From positions 1,676 to 65,675 of the forward strand of contig CAYSPL010000014.1 in the NCBI GenBank assembly GCA_964432915.1: 64,000 nt of DNA, given 5' to 3'. Below the pieces are notes generated by a model, which saw only the letters and a program-made list of their open reading frames with translations, did not search any database and was not told the origin of the DNA. Each line of letters starts with the position of its first letter. Within the stretch, counting starts at the first letter, position 1. Origin of the DNA: an uncultured Maribacter sp. (GTDB lineage: Bacteria; Bacteroidota; Bacteroidia; Flavobacteriales; Flavobacteriaceae). Positions 20,540 through 29,771 of this stretch are shown piece by piece. A program made the position numbers and the translations under genes.

Positions 20540-21856
20540 ATGGAATTGAAAGAAAAATTGGTTTCCTCTTTTATGGCATTTGAGAACAATGTCGACATCG
20601 ATAGTCCTGTTCACGATATTCGTACTGAAGCCTTAAAGAATTTTGAGGCAAAAGGCTTTCCTTCAAAAAAAGAAGAGGCTTGGAAGTATACTTCCCTTAA
20701 AGCATTACAAAAAGTCGATTTCAGTATTTTTCCTAAAAAGGAGAATTCACTTGAATATAATGATGTAAAGAAGTATTTCATTCACGAAATTGACACGTAC
20801 AAAATTGTTTTTGTTGATGGTGTCTTTAATTCGCATTTGTCTGAAACCACACATGACGGGGTTGATATATGCTTGATGAGCTCGGCTTTGACAAAACCCA
20901 TGTACAAGGCGATCATTGAGGTGTATTTTAACAAAGTGGCATCGAAGGAAGAGTCGTTGACCACTTTGAACACCGCTTTTAGTAAAGAAGGGGCGTACAT
21001 TTATATTCCGAAGAATAAAATGCCCAAAAAACCTGTGGAGATCATACATTTCGCCACGGGTAATGAAGCAAGTTTGATGCTGCAACCAAGAAATTTGGTG
21101 GTGGTTGAAGAAAATGCGGAGGTTCAAATCATAGAGCGTCATCAAAGCCTTACAAGCAATGAGGTTTTGACCAATTCGGTTACCGAAATTTTTACTGCCA
21201 AGAATGCCATTATAGACTATTATAAAGTCCAAAATGACGCTAGTACGGCATCATTGATTGACAATACTTATATCAATCAAAAGAGCAAGAGTTTTGTCAA
21301 GGTGCATACCTTCTCTTTCGGAGGCAAATTGACCCGCAACAATCTGAACTTTTACCAGAATGGCGAATACATGGACTCTACCATGAAGGGCGTTACTATT
21401 TTAGGTGAAAAGCAGCATGTAGATCATCATACGCTGGTACACCACATTGAACCCAATTGCGAAAGCCATCAAGATTACAAGGGTATTTACGGTGAAAATT
21501 CCACTGGTGTTTTCAATGGGAAGATTATCGTTGATAAAATAGCCCAAAAGACCAATGCCTTTCAACAGAACAACAATATTCTAGTAAGCGACAAAGCCAC
21601 CATCAACACAAAACCACAGCTTGAAATATTCGCCGATGATGTGAAATGCTCTCATGGGTGTACTATTGGTCAATTGGATGAAGATGCGTTGTTCTATCTG
21701 CAATCTCGTGGTATTCCAAAAAAAGAGGCTCGTGCTTTAATGATGTATGCCTTTGCCAATAACGTATTGGAGAGTGTACGTATACCTGAATTGAAAGCCC
21801 GAATCAATAAATTGATTGCCAAAAAACTAGGCGTAAAAATGGGTTTTGATTTATAA
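20540..21856 (+). CDS. sufD: Fe-S cluster assembly protein SufD
   Basis: EAWKYT, KPQLEIFADDVKCSHG, YLQSRGI; start set at ATG 20540. Confidence 0.96.
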   Translation: MELKEKLVSSFMAFENNVDIDSPVHDIRTEALKNFEAKGFPSKKEEAWKYTSLKALQKVDFSIFPKKENSLEYNDVKKYFIHEIDTYKIVFVDGVFNSHLSETTHDGVDICLMSSALTKPMYKAIIEVYFNKVASKEESLTTLNTAFSKEGAYIYIPKNKMPKKPVEIIHFATGNEASLMLQPRNLVVVEENAEVQIIERHQSLTSNEVLTNSVTEIFTAKNAIIDYYKVQNDASTASLIDNTYINQKSKSFVKVHTFSFGGKLTRNNLNFYQNGEYMDSTMKGVTILGEKQHVDHHTLVHHIEPNCESHQDYKGIYGENSTGVFNGKIIVDKIAQKTNAFQQNNNILVSDKATINTKPQLEIFADDVKCSHGCTIGQLDEDALFYLQSRGIPKKEARALMMYAFANNVLESVRIPELKARINKLIAKKLGVKMGFDL

Positions 21857-22529
21857 CAAATCAAGTATACTGTTATATATAAGAAAAGCACTAGTAGTGC
21901 TTTCGATTTTCTGTTTTTATAACTTACCCAAATTACATGGGCAAGACAGTCGTTTAGGTGTAAAAGCAGGGCTTAATTATTCTTCGGTTGTTGGGGATTT
22001 AACAGATGGCATAAAATTTCGTCTTTCAGGTCATGCCGGTCTTTTTTTGGAGTCAAGATTTACAGATAAGTTCGCCTTGCAAACCGAGCTTTTATATTCT
22101 TCACAAGGGTTTCAAGTCAGTTCTGATTTACTTTCAATTGAAAATGGGGGCAATCCTTTAGATGAAAATGATTTTAGAACCAACGTACTGTTGAATTACT
22201 TAACAGTGCCCGTTTTGGGGAAGTTTGCGCTGAATGCGGAATTCGATGTTGTTTTCGGGCCACAGTTTGGCTTTTTGTTGAATCAAGTGTCAAAAATCAA
22301 AAATCTTGACCAACGTGATGAGACCATACCCGGTAATCGCCAGAGTGTGTCAGGACGATTTCAATTGGATTATGGCGTATTAGCAGGCATATCCTACCAT
22401 ATTAATCAAGCAATCTCAGTTGAATCTCGTTTTTATATTGGTCTTCGCAATCGTTTAAATGGCCTTGATGGAACACTTCAAAACTATAATGTAGCCATTC
22501 AAGTTTCAGCCAATTATATAATCTTTTAA
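21846..22529 (+). CDS. Porin family / outer-membrane beta-barrel protein
   Basis: GVKAGLNYS, LQTELLYSSQG, LNYLTVPV, GPQFGFLL, terminal aromatic residue; start codon uncertain (TTG, no nearby ATG). Confidence 0.8.
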   Translation: MIYNKSSILLYIRKALVVLSIFCFYNLPKLHGQDSRLGVKAGLNYSSVVGDLTDGIKFRLSGHAGLFLESRFTDKFALQTELLYSSQGFQVSSDLLSIENGGNPLDENDFRTNVLLNYLTVPVLGKFALNAEFDVVFGPQFGFLLNQVSKIKNLDQRDETIPGNRQSVSGRFQLDYGVLAGISYHINQAISVESRFYIGLRNRLNGLDGTLQNYNVAIQVSANYIIF

Positions 22530-22539
22530 CCAGTTATTT

Positions 22540-23178
22540 ATGAAGCGCATTTTAGTTTTCACGACCATCCTATTTGTAACGTAACAGCTTAAGTCGCAAG
22601 ATTTTAGCGGGGGCATTAAAGGCGGATTGAATGTCTCAAATCGAACAGGGGATTTTCCATCAAATCCAAGATTGGCGTATCATTTCGGAGGTTTTATAAA
22701 TATTCAATTATCAGAAAAGTTTTCACTTCATCCAGAATTACTTTACCTCTCGATTGGAAGTACTTTTGAAAGTAACTTACAGAATTTTTCATCGCAAGAC
22801 CCTTTTAACCCCTCATTTAATTCCTCTTTAAAATTTGTAGATAGAGTGAATTTCTTGGCAATTCCAGTAAACTTCAGATATAGTTTTACGAGTAAATTCG
22901 GTCTTGATTTTGGCCCGCAAGTGAGTTTCTTGTTAAACACCTTTTCAAAGATTAAGGAAACACCTGGTAATATTGATGTAACTAGTCGAAGGGTCTCAGG
23001 TAAATTCAAACCAGATTATGGTGCTAATTTAGGTTTGACCTTTTCATTGAATGAGAAAATGAACATTCAACTACGATATTATCAAGGGTTGAAAAATTTA
23101 AATCGCAATAGTATTATACCTGATGATAAGAGTTATAACATTGCTCTTCAAGCCTCCGTGGGGTATACCCTTTTCTAG
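22540..23178 (+). pseudogene. Second porin-family beta-barrel gene interrupted by an in-frame TAA in its signal peptide
   Basis: ATG 22540 reads MKRILVFTTILFVT*QLKSQDFSGGIKGGLNVS in frame with ORF 22627-23178; stop at 22582-22584. Confidence 0.85.
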
Positions 23179-23236
23179 GGAATTCAGACGCTATTTCAAT
23201 ACATAGTAAGTATCTTTGTAAGCCAATTGATTTGCT

Positions 23237-24451
23237 ATGTTAGAGGCACAAAAAATACGCAAAGATTTTCCGATTCTAAACCGTCAAGTTAATGGCAAAC
23301 CGCTGGTTTATCTTGACAATGCGGCTACTTCGCAAACTCCCCAGCAAGTTGTGGATGTCATTGTGGACTATTATAAAACCTACAATGCTAACATCCATAG
23401 GGGCGTACATACACTTTCGCAAGAGGCGACCGACAAATATGAGCAAGCACGCATTAAAATTCAGAAACATTTAAATGCTGCTAAGCCTCATGAAATCATA
23501 TTTACATCAGGCACAACGCATAGTATCAATTTGGTGGCAAACGGATTTACCTGCCTATTGAAAAAGGGCGATGAAATCTTGGTTTCGGCCATGGAGCATC
23601 ATTCGAACATCGTGCCTTGGCAAATGCTTTGTGAGAGAACAGGTGCATTACTTAAGGTGATTCCTATGAATCTCGATGGCGAATTGTTGATGGAAGAATA
23701 TGATAAACTCCTTTCAAATAAGACCAAACTGGTTTTCTGCAATCATATTTCAAATGCCTTAGGAACTATTAATCCTATTGAAGAAATCATTGAAAAAGCA
23801 CATCAAGTAGGTGCCGCTGTTTTGATTGATGGTGCTCAAGCTGCTCCGCATATCAAAGCAAACCTTCAAGAATTGAATGTTGATTTCTATACGGTTTCAG
23901 CCCATAAAATATGCGGACCCACAGGTGTTGGAATACTTTATGGAAAAGAGGAGTGGTTGAAAAAACTTCCTCCATATCAGGGTGGCGGAGAGATGATCGC
24001 TGAGGTAACTTTTGAAAAAACCACCTACGCTGATTTACCTCATAAATTTGAAGCAGGCACACCCAACATATGTGGTGGCATTGCTTTTGGTGCAGCATTG
24101 GATTATATGAATTCAATTGGTTTTGATGCAATTACCAAATATGAAGATGAACTTTTGACATACGCGACCCAGCAATTATTGAAAATAGATGGGTTGAAAA
24201 TTTATGGCACGGCTGAAAATAAGACCTCGGTCATTTCCTTTAATATTGAGGGAATACACCCGTATGACATAGGATCTATTTTAGACAAATTAGGAATAGC
24301 CGTGCGCACAGGGCACCATTGTGCACAACCCATCATGGATTTCTACAAAATACCCGGTACAGTTAGGGCCAGTTTCTGTTTTTACAATACGAAAGCGGAA
24401 GTTGATGTTTTGGTGGAAGGCGTTAAAAGGGCAAGAAATATGCTACTATAG
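23237..24451 (+). CDS. sufS: SufS cysteine desulfurase
   Basis: 404 aa; YLDNAATSQ, SAHKICGPTG (PLP Lys), RTGHHCAQP; own TATCTTTG box at 23211-23218. Confidence 0.96.
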   Translation: MLEAQKIRKDFPILNRQVNGKPLVYLDNAATSQTPQQVVDVIVDYYKTYNANIHRGVHTLSQEATDKYEQARIKIQKHLNAAKPHEIIFTSGTTHSINLVANGFTCLLKKGDEILVSAMEHHSNIVPWQMLCERTGALLKVIPMNLDGELLMEEYDKLLSNKTKLVFCNHISNALGTINPIEEIIEKAHQVGAAVLIDGAQAAPHIKANLQELNVDFYTVSAHKICGPTGVGILYGKEEWLKKLPPYQGGGEMIAEVTFEKTTYADLPHKFEAGTPNICGGIAFGAALDYMNSIGFDAITKYEDELLTYATQQLLKIDGLKIYGTAENKTSVISFNIEGIHPYDIGSILDKLGIAVRTGHHCAQPIMDFYKIPGTVRASFCFYNTKAEVDVLVEGVKRARNMLL

Positions 24452-24565
24452 TTTTTTGAAAGCAACCTCTGGAAGAACGGATACCATTGATGAAATTGAT
24501 ACTCAGATCAGCGAAAACTGTTGAATAGGAGGCTTTCTTATCGTATTTTTGCCTAAAATCAATGC

Positions 24566-24988
24566 ATGACCATTCAAGAAATACAAAAAGACATTGTCGA
24601 TGAATTTTCGATGTTCGAAGATTGGATGCAGCGCTATGAATATATGATCGATTTGGGCAAAGCCTTACCCTTGATCGATGCCCAATATAAAACCGATGAC
24701 AATATCATCAAAGGTTGTCAAAGTAAGGTTTGGGTGCATGCAGAATTGGTCGATGATAAATTGGCATTTAGGGCAGATAGTGATGCTATTATTACCAAAG
24801 GAATCATTGCCATTTTGATTCGTGCGTTTAGCAATCAAAAACCACAAGACATCATTGATGCCAATACTGATTTCATTGATGAAATTGGCCTGAAAGAACA
24901 TCTTTCACCAACTAGAGCCAATGGTCTTGTTAGCATGATAAAACAATTGAAGTTGTATGCTGTGGCATATCAAACACAGCTAAACTAA
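24566..24988 (+). CDS. sufE: SufE sulfur acceptor protein
   Basis: 140 aa; IKGCQSKVW, DSDAIITKG, LSPTRANG; TATTTTTG box at 24544-24551. Confidence 0.95.
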   Translation: MTIQEIQKDIVDEFSMFEDWMQRYEYMIDLGKALPLIDAQYKTDDNIIKGCQSKVWVHAELVDDKLAFRADSDAIITKGIIAILIRAFSNQKPQDIIDANTDFIDEIGLKEHLSPTRANGLVSMIKQLKLYAVAYQTQLN

Positions 24989-24993
24989 GAGAC

Positions 24994-25323
24994 ATGAGCA
25001 CAGAAGTAGCGGAAAATAGTCAAGAATTGGGCGAAAAAATAGTCAAGATTTTAAAAACCATATATGACCCTGAAATCCCCGTTGATATATATGAATTAGG
25101 ACTCATTTATGACGTATTGGTCAATGAAGAGAATGATGTGAAGATTTTGATGACATTGACATCCCCCAATTGTCCTGTAGCAGAGACACTTCCTGTTGAG
25201 GTGGAAGAGAAGGTAAAATCACTTAATGCCATAAAAGATGCGGAGGTGGAAATCACATTTGACCCCCCGTGGACACAAGATTTAATGAGCGAAGAGGCTA
25301 AATTGGAATTGGGATTGCTATAA
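24994..25323 (+). CDS. sufT: DUF59/SufT Fe-S assembly protein
   Basis: 109 aa; DPEIPVDIYELGLIY, MTLTSPNCP, FDPPW. Confidence 0.88.
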   Translation: MSTEVAENSQELGEKIVKILKTIYDPEIPVDIYELGLIYDVLVNEENDVKILMTLTSPNCPVAETLPVEVEEKVKSLNAIKDAEVEITFDPPWTQDLMSEEAKLELGLL

Positions 25324-25339
25324 ACTAAAAACGGTCTGG

Positions 25340-25376
25340 TCGAGCACACCTTGCCTGCCGGTAGGTAGGGTCGAGG
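25340..25376. repeat. TCGA-type REP-like palindrome carrying a nested 21-bp palindromic insertion
   Basis: TCGAGCACA-[CCTTGCCTGCCGGTAGGTAGG]-GTCGAGG; the outer parts match the reverse complement of 47759-47775. Confidence 0.6.
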
Positions 25377-25400
25377 CCGAACCACCTGAAAATATTCAAA

Positions 25401-25907
25401 ATGCCAGAGGAAATCATAAACAGAGTCGCCCAGAGCAAATTAATTACTTTTGACCTTGAGGAATATTATCCTCAGGGCGAGCGATATGTTTTTGATATCA
25501 AAGACTGGCTTTTTGAGGGGTTGATATTAAGAGAGAAAGAATTTAGGGCCAAAGTCTCTGAACATAACTGGAAACAATATCAAGATGGTTTCGTTGCTCT
25601 TAGTTGTTCTTCTGAAGCCATAATTCCCGGTTGGGCATATATGCTACTTTCTTCAAAATTGCAGCCATTTGCCAAAAAAGTTGTTCATGGATCTTTGAAT
25701 GATTTGGAATCCGCAATTTTTCAATCCATTATTGAAAATCTAGATGTTTCCACTTTTGAAGGAAAACCAGTGATAGTCAAAGGGTGCACAAACAAAGCAG
25801 TACCTGTTAATGCCTATTTGTGGATAACTTCAAAACTACAAACGGTTGCAAAAAGTGTGATGTACGGCGAGGCATGCTCTTCAGTGCCCTTATTCAAAAA
25901 AGGATAA
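25401..25907 (+). CDS. DUF2480 family protein
   Basis: 168 aa; INRVAQSKLITFDLE, LILREKEFR, IIPGWAYML, VKGC, MYGEACSSVPL. Confidence 0.85.
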   Translation: MPEEIINRVAQSKLITFDLEEYYPQGERYVFDIKDWLFEGLILREKEFRAKVSEHNWKQYQDGFVALSCSSEAIIPGWAYMLLSSKLQPFAKKVVHGSLNDLESAIFQSIIENLDVSTFEGKPVIVKGCTNKAVPVNAYLWITSKLQTVAKSVMYGEACSSVPLFKKG

Positions 25908-25988
25908 TCGTTACTAACGGAATTGTTCATTTGTTGACAATTATTACCTTTGCAGCAATATTTCAACATAAATTAAACACTAAACATT

Positions 25989-26912
25989 ATGAAAAAAGTA
26001 ATTTTTGCAATTTTTGCAATGGGTACCCTAACGATGGTCAATGCACAAACCGATATGGGTAAGGCAGAGGAGCTAAAGGCCATGTTGGGCCCGAAGACAG
26101 ATTCAATAGCCGCGATTCAAGGAAGAATAGATGCCATTCAAGGCGAAATCGATGCCCTACCCGGATGGAGAAAAGGCATGTTCGGTACCATCGGGGCCAA
26201 TCTTTCAGGTGCGAAAAACTGGTTTCAACAAGCCATATCGAACAACTCTTCTGGTAACATTGGTATTGGTGTCAATGGTTTTGCCAATTTAAAACAAGAG
26301 AAATATTTCTGGAATAACTCGCTCAATGTAAATCTTCAATGGGTGAAAATCGATAATAAAGATGATGCAACAGATAGTGAAGATTTCAATGGCACCACTG
26401 ATGTATTGAATATAACTTCTTTATATGGTTATAACATCAGCCCAAAATTCGCGGTTTCCGCTTTAGGGGAATATCGTACTTCGGTCATTAACAATTTCAA
26501 TAATCCGGGTTATTTGGATGTTGGTGTTGGTGGTACGTGGTTGCCAATTGATGGTATGGTCGTGGTAATACACCCATTGAACTATAACTTTGTTTTTTCA
26601 GACAACGATGCTGTTTTCGAGTCTTCAACAGGTGCTAAAATTGTTGTTGATTATACAAGACAGATCGGTGCGGTTAACTTTAAGACCAACTTCTCTACTT
26701 TTCAAAGTTACAAGAGTAGTAACCTTTCAAACTGGACTTGGATAAACTCTTTTGGCTATACTTTATGGAAAGGAATTGGTTTGGGCTTTGAATTTGGTCT
26801 CAGGGATAACAAGCAAGAAGGTTTGGCCAGTGGACGATTCGGAGATACTTTCGACAATTTGGATAACCCTATACAAAGCTATTATTTATTCGGGGTTAAT
26901 TATTCGCTTTAA
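25989..26912 (+). CDS. DUF3078-like outer-membrane beta-barrel protein
   Basis: 307 aa; signal peptide, short coiled coil, alternating beta strands, terminal FGVNYSL; TACCTTTG box at 25945-25952. Confidence 0.75.
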   Translation: MKKVIFAIFAMGTLTMVNAQTDMGKAEELKAMLGPKTDSIAAIQGRIDAIQGEIDALPGWRKGMFGTIGANLSGAKNWFQQAISNNSSGNIGIGVNGFANLKQEKYFWNNSLNVNLQWVKIDNKDDATDSEDFNGTTDVLNITSLYGYNISPKFAVSALGEYRTSVINNFNNPGYLDVGVGGTWLPIDGMVVVIHPLNYNFVFSDNDAVFESSTGAKIVVDYTRQIGAVNFKTNFSTFQSYKSSNLSNWTWINSFGYTLWKGIGLGFEFGLRDNKQEGLASGRFGDTFDNLDNPIQSYYLFGVNYSL

Positions 26913-26946
26913 ACAAATTGATAAAACCAAATTTTTAGATAAAAAG

Positions 26947-26976
26947 AAAGTCCCGCAATTTGCGGGACTTTTTTTT
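26947..26976. terminator. Bidirectional intrinsic terminator
   Basis: AAAGTCCCGCA-ATT-TGCGGGACTTTTTTTT. Confidence 0.92.
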
Positions 26977-27205
26977 AAGTAGGATTTTTAAATTTGGTTG
27001 ATACTTAAATCAAACTTTAGCTTTCGGCTAAGATTAGTTTCATCAGGACTAACACTAAATCTCAAATACCCAACTAAGGTAACTTTGGTCTTGTCATTCC
27101 TTAAACTTTTGTTGTGAATTTCAACAATCATGTGGTGAATTAATGCTAAAAGTGTGGTTAGATCGATAAAATACCCCTTTTTTGAAGGTTTTGGCATATA
27201 AAATT

Positions 27206-27237
27206 AAAAAGCCCCTGCTAAGAGCAGGGGCTTTTTT
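27206..27237. terminator. Bidirectional intrinsic terminator
   Basis: AAAAAGCCCCTGCT-AAG-AGCAGGGGCTTTTTT. Confidence 0.9.
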
Positions 27238-27376
27238 AAGTTGAGTAGGTATTTAGGAATTCGGGGGTTTTTGTTTTTGACGTTTTGTCATTGGGGAAAA
27301 CAAAACTTTTAGCAAAATGGTTAAGATCATGGCTTGTTTTGGGCAAACACTAAAACTCAATTACACTGTAAAGATA
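27206..27376 (-). ncRNA. Candidate small transcript (sRNA or 25-aa sORF at 27253-27330)
   Basis: Minus-strand TATCTTTA box at 27376-27369, then about 130 nt, then a strong terminator; no long ORF. Confidence 0.35.
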
Positions 27377-27508
27377 TGTCAGTGCTCCAATATTTCTAAA
27401 TGTTTGTTGTGAACCTGATCCGTGATGTTGTGAAAAATATGAGGGGTAAGTTTTCTTCGATGAACTGCACTAGGGTATTTGAAATTCCACTTAAAAAAGA
27501 ATGAAAGG

Positions 27509-28720
27509 CTAATACTGATCTAGGTTTTCAGGGTATAAAAAGTTGTTATACGGAAAACGGGTCACGTGAATATCCCTTACCTCACTGTACACCCTTTTTC
27601 TGAACTCGTCTAGATTTTCTTTGTTCAGGGCAGAGATAAAAATAGCCCGGTTACCAACTTTGTCCATCCAAGTTTTTTTCCAATCCGCGATGGTAAAATG
27701 CCTTCCCGTTTTTTCGGTGATCAAATCATCTTCATCAATGATCTCATGTCTGTACTGGTCTATTTTATTGAAAATGAGAATGGTTTTTTTATCAGAACTT
27801 TTGATTTCGCCAAGGGTTTTATTGACCGATTCTATTTGCTCTTCAAATTGCGGATGCGAAATGTCAACCACATGCAATAACAAATCTGCCTCTCTAACCT
27901 CATCTAGAGTGCTTTTAAAGCTTTCAACCAGTTGTGTGGGCAGTTTTCTGATGAACCCTACGGTATCACTCAATAGAAAAGGTAGATTGCCAATGACCAC
28001 CTTTCTTACGGTAGTATCTAAAGTTGCAAAAAGCTTGTTCTCAGCAAAGACTTTGCTCTTACTGATCACATTCATCAATGTTGATTTTCCTACATTGGTA
28101 TATCCTACCAGTGCGACACGAACCAGTGCCCCTCTATTGCCGCGCTGAGTGGCCATTTGCCGATCGATTTTGGCCAGTCTTTTTTTCAACAAAGAAATTC
28201 GATCACGAACAATACGCCGGTCTGTTTCGATTTCAGTTTCCCCCGGGCCTCGCATACCAATACCACCCTTTTGACGCTCAAGGTGTGTCCATAAACCAGT
28301 CAATCGCGGTAGTAGAAATTCGTATTGTGCCAATTCAACCTGGGTTCGAGAATAACTGGTTTGCGCTCTTTGGGCAAAAATGTCAAGTATCAAGCTGGTA
28401 CGATCTATTATTTTACAGCGCAACTGTTTTTCAATATTGCGTTGCTGAGCTGGCGAAAGTTCGTCATCGAAGATGACCGATCCAATTTCATGGGCTTCCA
28501 CATAATCTTCAACCTCCTTCATTTTGCCGCTTCCTATTAGTGTTTTGGGGTTGGCCACATTCATTCTTTGAACAAAACGTTTGTGTACTTCCCCACCTGC
28601 GGTGTAGGTCAAAAATTCAAGTTCATTAAGGTACTCGGTTACTTTTTCCTCATTTTGGTCTCGATTGATAATACCAATCAAAACGGCTTTTTCATATACT
28701 ATTGATTTTTTCTCGAACAT
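27509..28720 (-). CDS. hflX: GTPase HflX
   Basis: 403 aa; GMRGPGETEIETDRR, GYTNVGKS, LFATLDTT, DTVGFIR, NKID. Confidence 0.97.
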   Translation of the reverse strand: MFEKKSIVYEKAVLIGIINRDQNEEKVTEYLNELEFLTYTAGGEVHKRFVQRMNVANPKTLIGSGKMKEVEDYVEAHEIGSVIFDDELSPAQQRNIEKQLRCKIIDRTSLILDIFAQRAQTSYSRTQVELAQYEFLLPRLTGLWTHLERQKGGIGMRGPGETEIETDRRIVRDRISLLKKRLAKIDRQMATQRGNRGALVRVALVGYTNVGKSTLMNVISKSKVFAENKLFATLDTTVRKVVIGNLPFLLSDTVGFIRKLPTQLVESFKSTLDEVREADLLLHVVDISHPQFEEQIESVNKTLGEIKSSDKKTILIFNKIDQYRHEIIDEDDLITEKTGRHFTIADWKKTWMDKVGNRAIFISALNKENLDEFRKRVYSEVRDIHVTRFPYNNFLYPENLDQY

Positions 28721-28793
28721 AGATTTTGCAAAGTTCGAACTTCTGAATAAGAAAACGAGCTATTTTTGTAAATTAAACCTCAAACCTCCTAAA

Positions 28794-29768
28794 ATGCCCT
28801 TTTCATTTTTCAAAAAGAAAAAGAAGAAGAATCTCTATGCCGTAGGGTTTTATAATTTGGAAAATCTATTTGATATCATTGACGACCCCCATACCTTGGA
28901 TGACGACTTTACGCCCAAGGGGAAAAAAAAATGGTCAAAAAAGCGATACAAACGGAAGCTGTTCAAACTAGCCAAGACCATATCGGAAATAGGCGATGAC
29001 AAGATCAACCGTTATCCCGTTCTTATGGGAATCGCAGAAGTTGAAAACGCAATGGTGGTTCAAGATCTGATCAATGCAGAGCCGCTAAAAGATGCTAATT
29101 ATGGTTTTGTGCATTATGATTCTCCTGATGAGCGCGGTATAGATACTGGTTTGATTTACATCAAAGAAAATTTTGAGGTCATACATTCCGAACCCATTAC
29201 CGTAATGGTATTTGAAAAAAATGGACGGAGAGATGCTACCCGTGATATTTTATATGTAGAGGGAAAGTTAAACGGCGAAAGGGTACATGTTTTTGTAAAT
29301 CATTGGCCATCACGAAGGGATGGCCCTGAAGAGACGAGTCATAAACGTGTAAAGGCCGCCGAGACTTTGCGCGCATTCATGGCAAGAATCGAATCAAAAG
29401 AGGTGTCGCCCAACTTCATTATCATGGGCGACTTCAATGATGGCCCTGATTCTGATAGTATCAAGATACTGATGGAATCAAACCAACTCTACAATCCTAT
29501 GGAAAAATTGGTTACCCCCAATCGCGGTAGTGCCAATTATAAGAATTCTTGGTCATTGTTTGATCAAATATTGGTCTCACATAATTTTCTCAATTACGAA
29601 AAAGGAACCCATAGTTTTGCACATGCAAATATTTTTGACGAAAAATTCTTGACCGAATTCGAAGGAAAATATAAAGGCACTCCGTACCGTACGTATTCAG
29701 GGCGAAAGTATATTGGGGGCTATAGTGATCATTTTCCGGTTTATATTCAATTGAAATACAATACCTAG
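28794..29768 (+). CDS. Endonuclease/exonuclease/phosphatase family protein
   Basis: FYNLENLFD, GIAEVEN, VNHWPSRR, MGDFND, FDQI, SDHFPV; start set at ATG 28794 after TATTTTTG box at 28761-28768. Confidence 0.92.
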   Translation: MPFSFFKKKKKKNLYAVGFYNLENLFDIIDDPHTLDDDFTPKGKKKWSKKRYKRKLFKLAKTISEIGDDKINRYPVLMGIAEVENAMVVQDLINAEPLKDANYGFVHYDSPDERGIDTGLIYIKENFEVIHSEPITVMVFEKNGRRDATRDILYVEGKLNGERVHVFVNHWPSRRDGPEETSHKRVKAAETLRAFMARIESKEVSPNFIIMGDFNDGPDSDSIKILMESNQLYNPMEKLVTPNRGSANYKNSWSLFDQILVSHNFLNYEKGTHSFAHANIFDEKFLTEFEGKYKGTPYRTYSGRKYIGGYSDHFPVYIQLKYNT

Positions 29769-29771
29769 GCC

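Noticed and set aside
28665-28793. 43-aa N-terminal extension of the endonuclease/phosphatase ORF
   Set aside because: Overlaps the hflX start and contains the TATTTTTG promoter box.
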